The position numbers and the translations under genes were made by a program. The notes beneath the pieces are model-generated. The model was given only the letters and a program-made list of their open reading frames with translations, was not told where the DNA came from and searched no databases. Positions 37,198 to 50,465 of a stretch of 64,000 bases of DNA are shown here, piece after piece; position 1 is the first letter of the stretch; each line of letters starts with the position of its first letter. Source of the DNA: Octopus sinensis (taxonomy: Eukaryota); the NCBI RefSeq assembly GCF_006345805.1, contig NC_043014.1, forward strand, positions 32,364,001-32,428,000, read 5' to 3'.

Positions 37198-37607
37198 GGA
37201 GTGGCTGTGTGGTAAGTAGCTTGCTTACAAACCACATGGTTCTGGGTTCAGTCCCACTGCATGGCACCTTGGGTAAGTGTCTTCTACTATAGCCTCGGAT
37301 CGACCAAAGCCTTGTGAATTGATTTGGTAGGCGGAAACTGAAAGAAGCCCATCGTATATATGTATATATATGTGTCTGTGTCTGTGTGTGTGTGTGTGTG
37401 CATGTTTGTGTGTGTGTGCTTCTCCCCCCAACATCGCTTGACAACCGATGCTGTTGTGTTTATGTCACCGTAACTTAGCGGTTTGACAAAAGAGACTGAA
37501 AGAATAAGTGCTAGGCTTACAAAGAATAAGTCCTGGGGTCGATTTGCTCGACTAAAGGCGGTGCTCCAGCATGGCCACAGTCAAATCACTGAACAAGTAA
37601 AAGAGAG
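37198..37607 (+). mobile_element. CORE-type SINE, near consensus
   Basis: GGAGTGGCTGTGTGGTAAG head with B box GGTTCAGTCCC, plus full body. Confidence 0.9.
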
Positions 37608-37780
37608 AGATAGACTTCAAATAAAAACAATTTCATGTCCACTAAGTTCACTGTCATCAATTCACTGCAGGATAAGTTCACCATGAAGAATGTTCACTGC
37701 AATCCCCAAGCTCACAGTTTGATCTTCATTACTTTCATTTTTCTTTTGCAATAAAATAGATTTTAACTATTAATGTTGAG

Positions 37781-38015
37781 ATGGCTGAGGAGAGGAGAGC
37801 ACAGCTGTGGTTGGACAGGCGGGACAGGAGGAGGACAACTGCAGCAACACCCCACACGTACCCATCGATGTTCGTGTGCAGCAACTGTACCAAGGACTGC
37901 CACTCTAGAATTGGACTGTTCAGTCACAGCAGACGCTGCACATCATCAAAGTAGGCCCCACCCTTGGCGCAACCCATTGTCTATCAAGACAGACGGGGAG
38001 AAAGAAGATGATGGA
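37781..38015 (+). pseudogene. 3' end of an RTE-clade LINE (C-terminal zinc-finger-like motif and 3' UTR)
   Basis: 37781-37954 reads ...FVCSNCTKDCHSRIGLFSHSRRC, matching the RTE C-terminal CxxC..SRIGL.SH motif. Confidence 0.85.
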
Positions 38016-38685
38016 TATATTTTCTTGGTAAACTTTCCTTGTGGTGAACTTCCCTTGTGGTGAACTTTCTTCACAGTGAATTGATGGTGGTGAATTCTCC
38101 TGTGATGAATTGATGGTGGTGGACTTACCTATAAATTGAACAATTTATGCTATAAATGGTGATAGATTCAAGTTAACTTTGATTGGACAAAGGTAGTCTA
38201 GCCAGTGGCAGATATTGGTATCACACATCTGGCACCCATGCCAGTGGCATGTAAAAGCACCCATTACATTGAAGTGGTTGTGTTAAGAAGGGCATCCAGC
38301 TGTAGAAACTAGCCTGGTACAGCTCCTCAGCTTATTAGCCCTGATCAAACTGTCCAACCCATGCCAGCATGGACAATGGATACTAAATGATGATGATTTG
38401 TTTTATTGCTAGTTGCAAGATCAGTGAATGGGTGTCATTTATTTTCTACACATTGCAAGCTGGACAGAACTAGTGCTTGCCACCACCAAGGATGAGCGCA
38501 AAGAGCTCTAAACTGTACAACCTGGTGGTCTTGTGGGTGGAAGATGGTAGGGGTTCACTCCCCTGTTTGCCATATATATCAGGTGCAGATTGCATCGAAT
38601 TACCAGCTGTAGGAGGCATCTTCCTGGGGTTAAAATAGCAGTAATGTTGGTTCCTATGGAACAGCTATGTTGAAGTGGCAATAAA

Positions 38686-38969
38686 CTCTTTTACTCTTTT
38701 ACTTGTTTCAGTCATTTGACTGCGGCCATGCTGGAGCACCGCCTTTAGTCGAGCAAATCGACCCCGGGACATTTTCTTTGTAAGCCCAGTGCTTATTCTA
38801 TCCGTCTCTTTTGCCAAACTGCTAAGTGACGGGGACGTAAACACACCAGCATCGATTGTTGGGGGGACAAACACAGACACACAAACACACACACACACAT
38901 ATACATATATATATATACATATATACGACAGGCTTCTTTCAGTTTCCGTCTACCAAATCCACTCACAGG
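38686..38969 (-). mobile_element. CORE-type SINE (head missing)
   Basis: 3' two-thirds of the family body. Confidence 0.85.
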
Positions 38970-40781
38970 TTACTTCTCAGTATAGTTACTGCTTTCATTG
39001 TTTTTTAGAGATTTTCTGACTTACTGATTTGTTTTATTAAATGGCTTACTCTTTACTCTTTTTACTCTCTTACTTGTTTCAGTCATTTGACTGAGGCTAT
39101 GCTGGAGCACTGCCTTTAGTCGGTTCATACATATTTCCACAAGTATTATATTAGATTTTCCACTGCAGTATATTGGTTTTTAGGTGCATTTAAAAACATT
39201 TTTGATACTTTTAATTTCTATAATTTTAAATATGTTCACTGATACCAACAAATTGACTGAGATTTTTTTTATCATTTCCAATAATTTCTTAAATGACGCA
39301 AATTCAGAAAAGACAGAATTAAAGTAAAGGCTTGCCTGTATATTGTCAGAGAATCTCTTCAGAGTTACATAAAAGAATTAAAAGATTAGGATTAAGAAAA
39401 AGATTACATCTTGGAAGGCTGAGAATATACTTCCAAGCCCAAGAAACTGATCCCTTGGGAACTTCTCAGCTAAAAAGAAAAGTAAAAAATACTTTTAAAA
39501 ATTAAAAAATTATAATAAAAGAGAAGAGGAAATTATCCACTGCCCTTTCATTGACCCTAACCTTCTTCATGAGTCATGACCTTTATTTGTTTTCTGACCT
39601 TTTTCTCTGCATTGACCTTTCAATTAAATTAGGTTTAGGGATTTGAAGAATTCTTTAGAATGTTCTTTGAATGAAGTTATTAACTTAAAGGGTAATCGAA
39701 TCTTATCTTGCATACATACACTTACACACATACACATTCACACACATATATGCATTCGTATACATGTACATTTAGTTACACTTATTTACACACATGCACA
39801 AGCTTTTCTACATTCACACACATAAAGTAAATTAGAATATGTGTGTGTGCATTTGAGTGTGTGTGTGTGTGTTTGAGTGTGTGTTTGTGTGTGTGTGTGT
39901 GTGTGTGTACATATCCTCTTAAATATGCATCTTCCTAAATATAAATCCTTGCACCAATTGAAGCAAAAACTTATCTACACACACACGCACGCGCACACAC
40001 ACACACACACATACAAGATGCACTCATGATTTTTATATGTGTGCATATACAGGTGCTTATACTCACATGAGGTCTCAGTTGCATGTGTTCATACAATGAT
40101 GTAACACACGTACACAAAGATATGTATAAATATGTGTGCATGCGCATGTGTGTGTATGTGTGTGGGGGGTACGTGTTAAGTAGATGTATGTAAGAGAGAG
40201 AGAGAAATTATGTACACATGGCCTTGTGGTTAAGAAGTTCATTTCTCAGTCATATGTATTCAGGTTCAATCCCATCACATAATACCTTAGGAAAATTCAT
40301 GTTTCTACTTTACATCAAGACACCTATCCTTGTCCCTTTCTACCTTTAATCTCTCAAATGCACAAAGCCAAAGATGGTGTTGGTGGTGGTGATGGTGGTG
40401 GTGGTGGTGGTGGTGGTGGTGATGGTGATGGTGGTGGTGGTATTGGTGGTGGTGATGATGATGAAGATGTTTAAGATAAAATTCAAAATAAAATTTTCCC
40501 AAGCTTGCTTAGATTGGACGGGGTTAATTGAAGCAGATTGTCTACAGCCAGATGCCCTTCCTGTCACCAGCTCTCATCTTTTTTCTTGAGCAAAGTAATA
40601 TTTCCCTATGGTTCAACATTTTCATAATAGTTTGGAAATGAAGGACACCTCTTGTATGATGGTGATACTTGTTTACAGCTATCATGCAATGTCAAGATAA
40701 GGAGATAGCTACAAACACATGCAAACACACACGTGCATACACACACACATACATGAACATACATACACACACACACACAGA

Positions 40782-40820
<39 letters not shown>

Positions 40821-40984
40821 ATAACACATGTATACACACACACACAAACACACATGCACACATGCACACAAATACATAACTGTTTCTGTCTCTTTGTCAC
40901 ACTCTAACTGTTCATCATCTAACACAAGATCACTTTCTCCAATGCCCCTCCCCTCTCAAAGATTATTCCTTGTCTTGCAAAGTT

Positions 40985-41293
40985 ACATGGTGACCCTGCC
41001 AGTGCTGGAGTCACTTAAAAAGCATCCAGTCCACACTGTAAAGTGGTTGCCATTTCGAAGGGCATCCAGTTGTAAAAATCATGCCAAAACTGACTTTGCC
41101 TGTGCCAGTGCCACATAAAAAGCACTCAGCCCATTCTGTGGGGTGGTTGGTGTTAGGAAGGGCATCCAACCATAAAAAGCCATGTCAAAACAGACAGAAG
41201 TATGATGCAGGCTTCTACCTGGCCAGCTCCTGTCAAACCTTCCAGTCCATGCCAGCATGGAAGGAGGATATTAAACGATGATGATTATGATGA
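40985..41293 (+). mobile_element. RTE-type LINE 3' end with (GAT)n tail (others at 38225-38400 and 42160-42420)
   Basis: Family tail. Confidence 0.75.
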
Positions 41294-42347
41294 TACACAT
41301 CAGGCTTCTGTCAGTTTCCATCTAACAAACTAACTCACAAGGCGTTGTTCAGCTCAGGGCTGTAGCAGAAGATGCTTATCTATCACTTACCTTCCTATCA
41401 ATTTACTTACCAAGACACTTACCCAAAGTGCCATGCAGTAGGACTGAAGTATACACATATACATAAGAACTAACCTAACTTGTAGAGAAGAAAATGGGCA
41501 TTTCTTGTGTGTGGCACATTAGTTTTGCCAATTTGAAACTCATAGTTGAGACTGACTTCATATTCTTGTATGCAAACTGATTCAGTTCCCTGTCATAGCA
41601 TAGTACTGTAGTGATGTATATACATATCTACACATGATATATATTGACCAAGCCATTTTTAGGTGCATGATGTTAAAAAATGGAAGTAGATTACTTTTAA
41701 GTTCAGCTGTTCCAATGTACACTGACTTTTTCACTAATATTCCAACTTGTCTCCAATATCTAAGTTCCAAGGAGGTTTATACATATTCTTAGTACCTTAC
41801 ATAGTACACTGTATTTCTAACTTAGCAGTTGATATGTATGTTTGAGACATATTTCACAATCATTTTCACAAGGCTACATCTTATAGATAATTGATTAAAT
41901 ACTTGTTTCTTTTTGTTTTCTTTTATCTTTTTTATGATGACTTTGAGTTTGAAGCTAGATTCCTAAGAGATTCTCCTAAACTTACTAGCTAATTTGCTAC
42001 AAGGTGTTACATTCAAAACATTATACTATCAAACCTATTGTGATCATAACATAACCCAACCATGCCCAACTTCTCTGTTCCAGAAGTTATTAGAGCATAG
42101 AAGACATGTTTTATCTGCATCACTTTTTCAAACAGTTTCTTTGCTCTTTTGTGAAGTGTTTGTCATTAGGAAGGGCATCCAGCTGTAGAAACCATACCAA
42201 AGCAGACACTGGAGCACGTTGTAGTCCTTGCATCCATTGGATCCTCTTAAACCATCTGACCCATGCCAGCATGGAACACAGACAATAAATGTTGTTGATG
42301 ATGATGATGATGATGATGATGACGACGACGACGACGTCGACGACGAC

Positions 42348-42382
<35 letters not shown>

Positions 42383-42842
42383 CGACGACGTCGACGACGA
42401 TGATGATGATGATGATGATATGTACTATTAAATGGTTATGGCAAATAACTGTTCAGAATGTTACCATCAATTTTATGCCATGTATTGCACCTGAGCAATA
42501 TTGACAACATTTTAAACATACAGACTGGAAGCACATATCTGCTTTAATATTGGAAGTACATAGACTCCAAGTTGGCTCAGTGGTAATAAAAAAAAATGGA
42601 ATAAAATATAGACATAAAATTCATATCATTTTTCAAGGAGGAAAATAAAGAGTTATTTCCCATGGATTAGTGTTAGTCAGGAGTAAAGCATGTAAGTTGT
42701 GTATGTATATATATCATTTCCTGTTTCACTGTACTTCTTTTCAGTGTCACCAAACCAACGTTAGAGCTTATGTACCTCCAGCATAAAAGAAGTTACGAGC
42801 TTTTGGCTAGTCTACCAAAAGAGTCAATATTGCATAGATGTA

Positions 42843-43455
42843 AGGCAGCAAGCTGGCAGAATCATTAGCACACTGGGGAGTTGGCAGAATCATCAGCATG
42901 CCGGGCGAAATGCTTAGCGGTATTTCATCTGCTCTTACATTCTGAGTTCAAATTCCGCCGAGGTCGACTTTGCCTTTCATCCTTTTGGGGTCAATAAATT
43001 AAGTACCAGTTACGCACTGGGGTCGATGTAATCGACTTAAATCCTTTGTCTGTCCTTGTTTTTCCACTCTTTGTTTAGCCCCTTGTCGATAGTAAAGAAA
43101 TAGGTATTTCATCTGCTGTTACGTTCTGAGTTCAAATTCCGCTGAGGTCGACTTTGCCTTTCATCTTTTCGGGGTCGATAAATTAAGTACCAGTTACACA
43201 CTGGGGTCAATGTAATCGACTTAATCCCTTTGTCTGTCCTTGTTTGTCCCTTCTATGTTTGCCCCTTGTAGGCAATAAAAAATATGAAACGTTAGCACAC
43301 TGGGTAAAATTTCCTCCATCTTTATGTTCTGAGTTCAGATTCCATTGAGATTAACTTGGCCTTACATCCTTTTTGATAAAATAAGTACCAGTTGATGTAA
43401 TCAACTTAACCCCTGCCCCAAAATTGTTGGCCTTGTGCCAAAATTTGAAACCGAT
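42843..43455 (+). mobile_element. Tandem trimer of Nin-domain SINE bodies
   Basis: TTCTGAGTTCAAATTCC..GACTTTGCCTTTCATC core at ~42941, ~43124 and ~43328. Confidence 0.85.
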
Positions 43456-43750
43456 ATTGCACAGGTGAAATACTTAGTGCAAAACCAAGTTATATTCTGA
43501 CCAGTTATATATGAAAACAACATATAAAAATATAGTGTAGCTAGAGTGTGTACTACCCAGGGCAGCCCTTCCATTTGTCACCCCTGGACCTCATAAAAAA
43601 CACATGTTGCCAACACCAATAGCCTACAACAAGATGAAAAGTGCCACCCGTTTAAAAGTGCTGCCTAGGGTGGACTACCCACCCCCTAACTACTCTAGTG
43701 TATAAGGGCTCCATTACTTATACTGAGTGTGCTTTATTCTGATTTGTGAA

Positions 43751-44119
43751 CAGGCATGGCTGTGTGGTAAAAAGCTTGCTTCTCCACCACAAGGTTCTGG
43801 GTTCAGTCCTACAGTGTGGCACTTTTGGCAAGTGTCTTCTGCTATAGCTTTAGGCTGACCAAAGCCTTGTGAGTAGATTTGGTAGATAGAAACAGAAAAG
43901 AAGTCCATCATATGTGTGTGTTTTTGTCCCCCATGACCACTTGACAACCAGTGTTGGTGTGTTTATGTCCCTCATAACTTAACAGTCCAGCTAAAGAGAC
44001 CAATAGAATAAGCAGCAAACTTAAGAAATAAGTACTGGAGGTAAATCATTTGACTAAAAATTCTTCGAGACGGTGCCCCAGCATGACTGCAGTTTAATAG
44101 CTGAAACAAGTAAAAGATG
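43751..44119 (+). mobile_element. CORE-type SINE
   Basis: Full body. Confidence 0.85.
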
Positions 44120-44163
44120 AAAAACAAGACATGTGTGTGTATGCGTATATGTGTGCCTGTGTG

Positions 44164-44240
<77 letters not shown>

Positions 44241-44356
44241 CATTCATATATATATCCTTGGCACTTATGTGAATTTTTGCTACCCTGGTGACTATCTATT
44301 TATTTCTTGCTTGTTATTTGTACACATTGAAAAGATATACATACATTTATGTATAA

Positions 44357-44389
<33 letters not shown>

Positions 44390-44704
44390 TGGTATGTGTC
44401 TGTTTTTGTAATCATGTTCCTATCTATATCCATTTTATATTTACTAGAGTATAACCAGCAAGGTATCAAAATGTATAATTTAATGATTTATTAAATATAA
44501 ACTGATAAAATATGCACCAAACAAACATATGTACAGTAGTCAATGTAAATGATTAAAAGACTTTGGAAGTGATACCCAGCATAGCTGCATTCCAATTGCT
44601 GGATTTAGACAATGAATAAAATTACATGTTTCTGAATTACACCACTGTATCAATAAAAATATTATATCTTTTATATTTTACTTGTGTCAGTCATTAGACC
44701 ACAG

Positions 44705-45415
44705 GGATCTTTACCTTTTGACCTACAGATTTAAAAAATAATTTTTTATAACTAAACACTCCCAAACTTCGGACACTGGTAGAATGTGTCATATAAAATA
44801 CATTTTACTCTTAGCATTTTTGAGAAAAACTTATATTTACGAAGTTATTTCAAGTTAAAGTTCTCATATTTCGGTTAATTTCAACCAATCAATGATGTGT
44901 ATTCAGCTGAATAAAATTACTGCCTTTGTTTGTCAACAACAACTATTGGCAGTGTATTTTTCATTTGTCACTGTTATTTATGACATTGTTTGTGCATTTG
45001 TATTGGTTTTAAGGTTTTAGGGTTAGGGTTGGGGTTAGTGTTTTAGGGTTAGTGTTAGGATTTTAGGGTTAGAGTTAGGGTTTTAGGGTTAGGGTTAGGG
45101 TTTTAGGGTTAGGGTTAGGGTTTTAGGGTTAGGGTTGTCATAAATAACAGTGACAAACGAAATATACACCACCAGAAGTTCTTGTTGACAAACAACAGCA
45201 GTAATTTTATTCAGCTGAATACATGTCATTGATTAGTTGAAATTACCGAAATACGAGAACTTTAATGTGAAATAACTGCGTAAATATAAGTTTTTCTCAA
45301 AAATGCTAAGAGTAAAAGATGTTTTATATGACACATACTACCAATGTCCGAAGTTTGAAAGTGTTTAGTTACAAAAAATTATTTTTTAAATCTGTAGGTC
45401 AAAAGGTAAAGATCC
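44705..45415. mobile_element. Foldback DNA element (711 bp) with ~280-bp TIRs, 8-bp TSD and a TTAGGG-rich loop; Merlin-like
   Basis: GGATCTTTACC...GGTAAAGATCC termini. TSD GACCACAG (44697-44704) / GACCGCAG (45416-45423). Inserted into a minus-strand CORE SINE. Confidence 0.85.
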
Positions 45416-45640
45416 GACCGCAGCCATGCGGGAGCACTGCTTTGAAGAACTTTTAGTCAAATTAATTGATGCCAGTTCTTATTTTTGTGCTAAGCCTGGT
45501 ACTTATTCTGCCAGTCTATTTTGCTGATCTGCTAAGTTATAGACATGTAAACACACCAAAACCAGTTGGGACACATACAGACACAAACACACACACATAT
45601 ATTGCATGTGTATATGTATATATACATATCTATCTATATA

Positions 45641-45671
<31 letters not shown>

Positions 45672-45754
45672 TTATTTTATAGAAGGAGCTTCTACAGGAC
45701 TAGAACTGTTTTACTGTGGTTAACCCCGACTCAACCCGGGACCTACATATATAT

Positions 45755-45802
<48 letters not shown>

Positions 45803-46656
45803 TATATTGATAGATAGATATTCAGATATAGTATATATAAATCACAGTATGAGTGTGTGTATTGACTAGCGCATACATTTCCACAATTCTCAACTGATTT
45901 TCACCAAACTTTACACACACAAAACTTATGTCTCAAGGATGGTCATGCACTATAGCATTTTTCCCGGAGCTCCTGAGGAAATGGACAAACCAGGAAAAAC
46001 GGTGGTTTACATGGGTTTTTCTCTAATTTGTTGTATGTACATAGTTTACTTGTATGTAGGGTCTTCTATACATTTTAATCTATGTGGTAGTATATTGGCA
46101 TTAGAGAATATTTTTTGTGGCTTTCCTATTTTTTGATTTATTATTTATTTATATGTTGTAATTGTGTATTATTATTTGGTTAGAAAATATTATAAAAGTG
46201 AAAGGATTTTGTCTATTTATTTCGACTGTCCACCTGTGATGGTGATTAAATTGACCAGGAACACTGTAGCTGATGAATATCCAATACCAAATAATCTTAA
46301 TTTCCATATTTAAACTGCATTAAACTTTGGCAAGATTACCTTCACCTATTCTGAGTTAGCCAAAAGGTAATGTTCCCTTCCCTCTCTTCTTTTTGTTGAT
46401 ACCTTTGTATACTTACCAATGCGTTGTTTCATTTTAAGGATGCTTATTCACCCATTCGTTATGATATTTCGAACACATCTTTTCACTGCAAACTGCTAAA
46501 GATTCAAAGCAGTATTCATGAAGTGAAGTCAAACCTTCATGTCTTCATTTTTCATTACCTGATGTCATTTTGAGAGTGGTCGTACACTGTAAGCACATAA
46601 ATACATTCCTTTCACTCTACGTTTTCAAGTAGGTATTTTTTAATGTACCAATCGTA

Positions 46657-47947
46657 CGAGGGGCGTTCAATAAGTAATGCCTCTGACCCACTTGCAGTTG
46701 TTTGATCTAGCTGAAATTTTGCATGTGCAATCATTTATATCTCTATAGATTAAGTGGCAAATTACAGCTCTGAACTAATTGTGGTTTTCGATTTACAGGT
46801 GTTTGAACTGAGTCAAGTGTGAAATGGAGCATGTTGAGTGTTGAGCAGTGATCCGGTTTTTGTATTTGAAAGGACGCACACCACAGGAGACTTTTGATGA
46901 ATTGAAAGTAACTTATGGTGATAATGCCCCATCATATGACCTTGTAAAATGCTGGCATCGTGAATTCAAACATGGTCGGAACTCTGTGGAAACAGCTCCC
47001 AGATCTGGTCGCCCCCATCTGCCATTGATGAGGCATCTGTCTGTCAAGTTGAGGCTGCCATTTTGGAAGATCGACGCATAACTATTCGCCAAATAGCCCA
47101 TGAGGTCAAGATTAGTACCGGGTCTGTGGAAACTATCATTCATGACCATTTGCATATGCAAAAGGTGTCTGCCAGATGGATTCCCAGGTTGCTCACACCT
47201 TTCCAGAAGCAAGAACTCGTTGATTGCTCGAGGATGAATTTGGAGATGTGCCAAGAAGATGAGTCAAAATTTTTCAAAAGACTGATTGCAGAGGATAAAA
47301 CCTGGGTCCATCACTATGATCCAGAGACCAAAGCCCATTCAATGCAGTGGAAGCACCGTGACTCACCTCCCCCAAAGAAGGCAAGGGCGCAGCCCTCCGC
47401 TGGCAAGGTCATGCTTATAGTCTTCTGGGACCAGGACGGAGTAGTGAAGACAGATTTCCTGGCAAAGAGTGCCACAATTACAGGAGTCTATTATGCTTCA
47501 CTTTTGAGGAAATTAAGAGAAGCTATCAAAATCAAGAAGCGGGGCAAGATCAGCAAAGGCATCGTCCTCCTGCAGGACAACGCTCCGATCCACAACTCGC
47601 GTGTCGCCAGATCAGAAGTACAGGTGTGCGGCTATGAACTCATCCCCCATCCCCCTACTCTCCTGACCTTGCACCCTCTGATTTTCACCTCTTCCCAGCC
47701 ATGAAGTTGTTTTTGAAAGGAAAGTGTTTCCCAGATGATGCAGCCTTGATTTCTGAAGTAGCATCGTGGTTGGAGGACCAAGCTGGGGTCTTCTACAAAA
47801 ACGGTCTTCAGAGCTGCATCAAACGATGGGAGAAATGCGTAACTCTGGGTGGTTCCTATGTAGAAAAAGACTAATAACTGTTCCAAGTTTCGTTGCTCTA
47901 CTGCTATGGGAAGTGGATCAGGGGCATTACTTATTGAACGCCCCTCG
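46657..47947 (+). mobile_element. Full-length mariner (DD34D) element, 1291 bp
   Basis: TA TSDs and 37-bp TIRs with 2 mismatches (CGAGGGGCGTTCAATAAGTAATGCC..). Confidence 0.95.
46824..47874 (+). pseudogene. Mariner transposase pseudogene
   Basis: WIPRLLT, EDKTWVHHYDPE, LLQDNAP and YSPDLAPSDFHLF motifs. Stop at codon 7 (46842) and two frameshifts (~47020, ~47655). Confidence 0.92.
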
Positions 47948-48832
47948 TACTTCTCTCCAAAAAAATAACTCCCTTTGCTGTTGACTAAAATAAACTCACA
48001 GAAGGAAAGTTTCAATGCCTTCCTTCAATTTCCTTACACCATTTATGTGGCTGTTTCTGACAAGAAATTTTGCTTTCATGTAAAACAACTATATTTTGTA
48101 GTCATTATCCATAATCTACTCCCAAAATACTTCAGTAGCTCTACTTTGCATTGCTTGCAAACTTATATGTTCTATGATCATTAAAGTGCAATGATCTCCA
48201 CAATAACCAGCCTTCAATTTGGTTTTCTGTTCCTAGGTTAATCAGAAACATAGATTGCCATACTACTCATAAACCTTCTTGGCAGTTCAATTATTTGGTG
48301 AGCAAAATACTACTAAAGCAACTTAAACCATTCAAAAGACGGGTGCATTTGCTAGTATATATATATAATGATGGGCTTCTTTCAGTTTCTTGCTGCCAAA
48401 TTCTCTCACAAGTCTTTGGTCAGCCTGAGTTTAGAGTAGAAGACACTTGCCCAAAATGCCATGCAGTGAGACTGAACCTGACACTAAGTGGTTGGGAAGC
48501 AAGCTTCTTGCCACACAGCCAAACTTGCACCTATATGTTCCGTTTACTGTTTTTGCAACCATTCTTAAAATAATTATTCTTTCTAATTTTTGGCACAAGG
48601 CCAGAAATTTTGAGGTGAAAAGAACTTGATTACATAAGCCCCCAGAGCTCAACTGCTACATATTTTATTGATCCCCTGAAAGGGTGAAAAGCAAAATCAA
48701 CCATGGCAAGATTTGAACTCAGAATGTTAAGCCAGAATGTTGTCCAGTATGCTAATGACTCTTCCAGCTTACTGCCCGAAAACTGGACCATGCAACAGTT
48801 ATACAATCCATTGTCTTGTATAACTGTTGTAA

Positions 48833-49098
48833 GAGATATGAACTCACAATCTCTGGTTTACAAGACCCAGTGGTCTAAATCAGTGGTTCCCAAAGTGGGT
48901 GGTACTGCCCCCACTCCCCGGGGGTGGTGCAAAGATCCAGGGGATCATTGAAGAAAATTGGGGTGATAATGGGGTGACCAAAACAGGGCAATGGATGTAA
49001 AAAAAAATAATGGGTTAATTAGGAATGTGGCCTTAGAATCAAGGGAGCAACAGCATGAAAATATTTGGGTAACACTGGTCTAAACCACTGAGCCATTA
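48833..49098 (-). pseudogene. tRNA-Thr(UGU)-like pseudogene interrupted by a hAT MITE
   Basis: Joined minus strand reads GCTCAGTGGTTTAGAC|CACTGGGTCTTGTAAACCAGAGATTGTGAGTTCATATCTC. Confidence 0.6.
48881..49077. mobile_element. hAT-type MITE (197 bp)
   Basis: TIRs CAGTGGTTCCC / GGGTAACACTG and 8-bp TSD GTCTAAAT / GTCTAAAC. An empty paralogous site exists at 51099-51106. Confidence 0.85.
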
Positions 49099-49496
49099 AA
49101 CTGTCAAACATTATTAAAGTAATAATTTGGTATTTTGGGAACATTTTAATATTACTGGAGAAAGTAATGTTTACATTTGATAATCTGTGTCTCTATTATT
49201 ATAACATTTTTTATTAACCAATGAGTGAGCTTCTATGTGGTTATAAAAGCTACTAGAAATAACAATCAAATTACCCTCAAATTACACATCTTGAAGAATG
49301 TAGAACAGGTTAGGCAGTATGGTTCCAAAGAGACTGTCCAAAAATACAAAAGCAGCATGGTCTTGGCTAGAATAATAACTGAATGAAGACTGTTGTATAT
49401 TGGTATGCATGTGTACATATATGCTTGTGTAGACGTGTGTGTGTATGCGTGTGCACATGTATATGTTTGTATATATATATGTATATATATATATAT

Positions 49497-49775
49497 AGGA
49501 GTGGCTGTGTGGTAAGAAACTTGCTTCCCAACCATATGGTTCTGGGTTCAGTCCTACTACATGGCACCTTAGGCAAGTGTCTTCTACTACAACCTCAGAC
49601 CAACCAAAGCCTTGGGAATGGATTTGGTAGATGGAAACTGAAAGAAGCCCATCATATAGGTGTGTGTGTGTGTATGTCTTGTCCCCCCCACCATCTCCTG
49701 ACAGCTAATGTTGGTGTGTTTACATCTCCATAACTTAGCAATTCAGCAAAAGAGACTGATAGAATTAGTACTAGG
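49497..49775 (+). mobile_element. CORE-type SINE (3'-truncated by a Helentron-like fragment at 49775-50055)
   Basis: Head and core present. Confidence 0.8.
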
Positions 49776-50424
49776 CTGTGTAGTCTGATTGTGCACAAAC
49801 TGCACGTGCATTTTTCTCGCATACATGTAGCATCGATCACAACAGCTGATTTACTTGCTCGTACAAATGCACGTTCCCATGGCTTTATCGATTGCATTCT
49901 CACCTGGAATCGATTTTTGTAATTTTTTCAAGACTTATACACGCCCTGATACCATCGGTAGCTACATATCAAATTTGAGTACAATTGGATGGAGGATGCC
50001 CGAGATCCTAGAAGACACACACACAGACAGACAGAACAGATTTTATATCATAGATATCCATGCAAACACATATACACACATATATATGCATATACAGAGA
50101 CACAAACACACACACACAGACACACACATGCATACACACACATACACACATGAACACATGTGCACATATGTCTATACACACCCATCTAAGTATTCAAACC
50201 ACACTGCTGAGTATCTTGACATGACCAAATACATAATTGAAAACTATAGAGTTTCACCCAGCAACAGATTGTCATTAAGAGAAAGCTGACATCAATCATA
50301 TTTTTTCTTGTTACTGCTATTCCTCCACCTTCTCCACTTTCCTCTTCCTCCCTCCACTAATTCTCTCCACTATTCCTTCTCATTGTCGTCATCATCATCA
50401 TCATCATTATTAGCATCATCAGTA

Positions 50425-50465
<41 letters not shown>

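Noticed and set aside
37198-37270. Functional tRNA genes at SINE heads
   Set aside because: A/B-box-like motifs only. No cloverleaf forms and each continues into a SINE body.
38430-38650. Possible LINE endonuclease fragment on the minus strand (GRCLLQLVIRCNLHLI)
   Set aside because: Resemblance too weak to call without a profile search.
41475-41605. Candidate minus-strand exon (CTACAG acceptor, AG|GTTAGT donor)
   Set aside because: The long frame hits a stop at the donor and the peptide is unrecognisable.
45013-45136. True telomere or chromosome fusion point
   Set aside because: Short, one orientation only, and enclosed by TIRs and a TSD.
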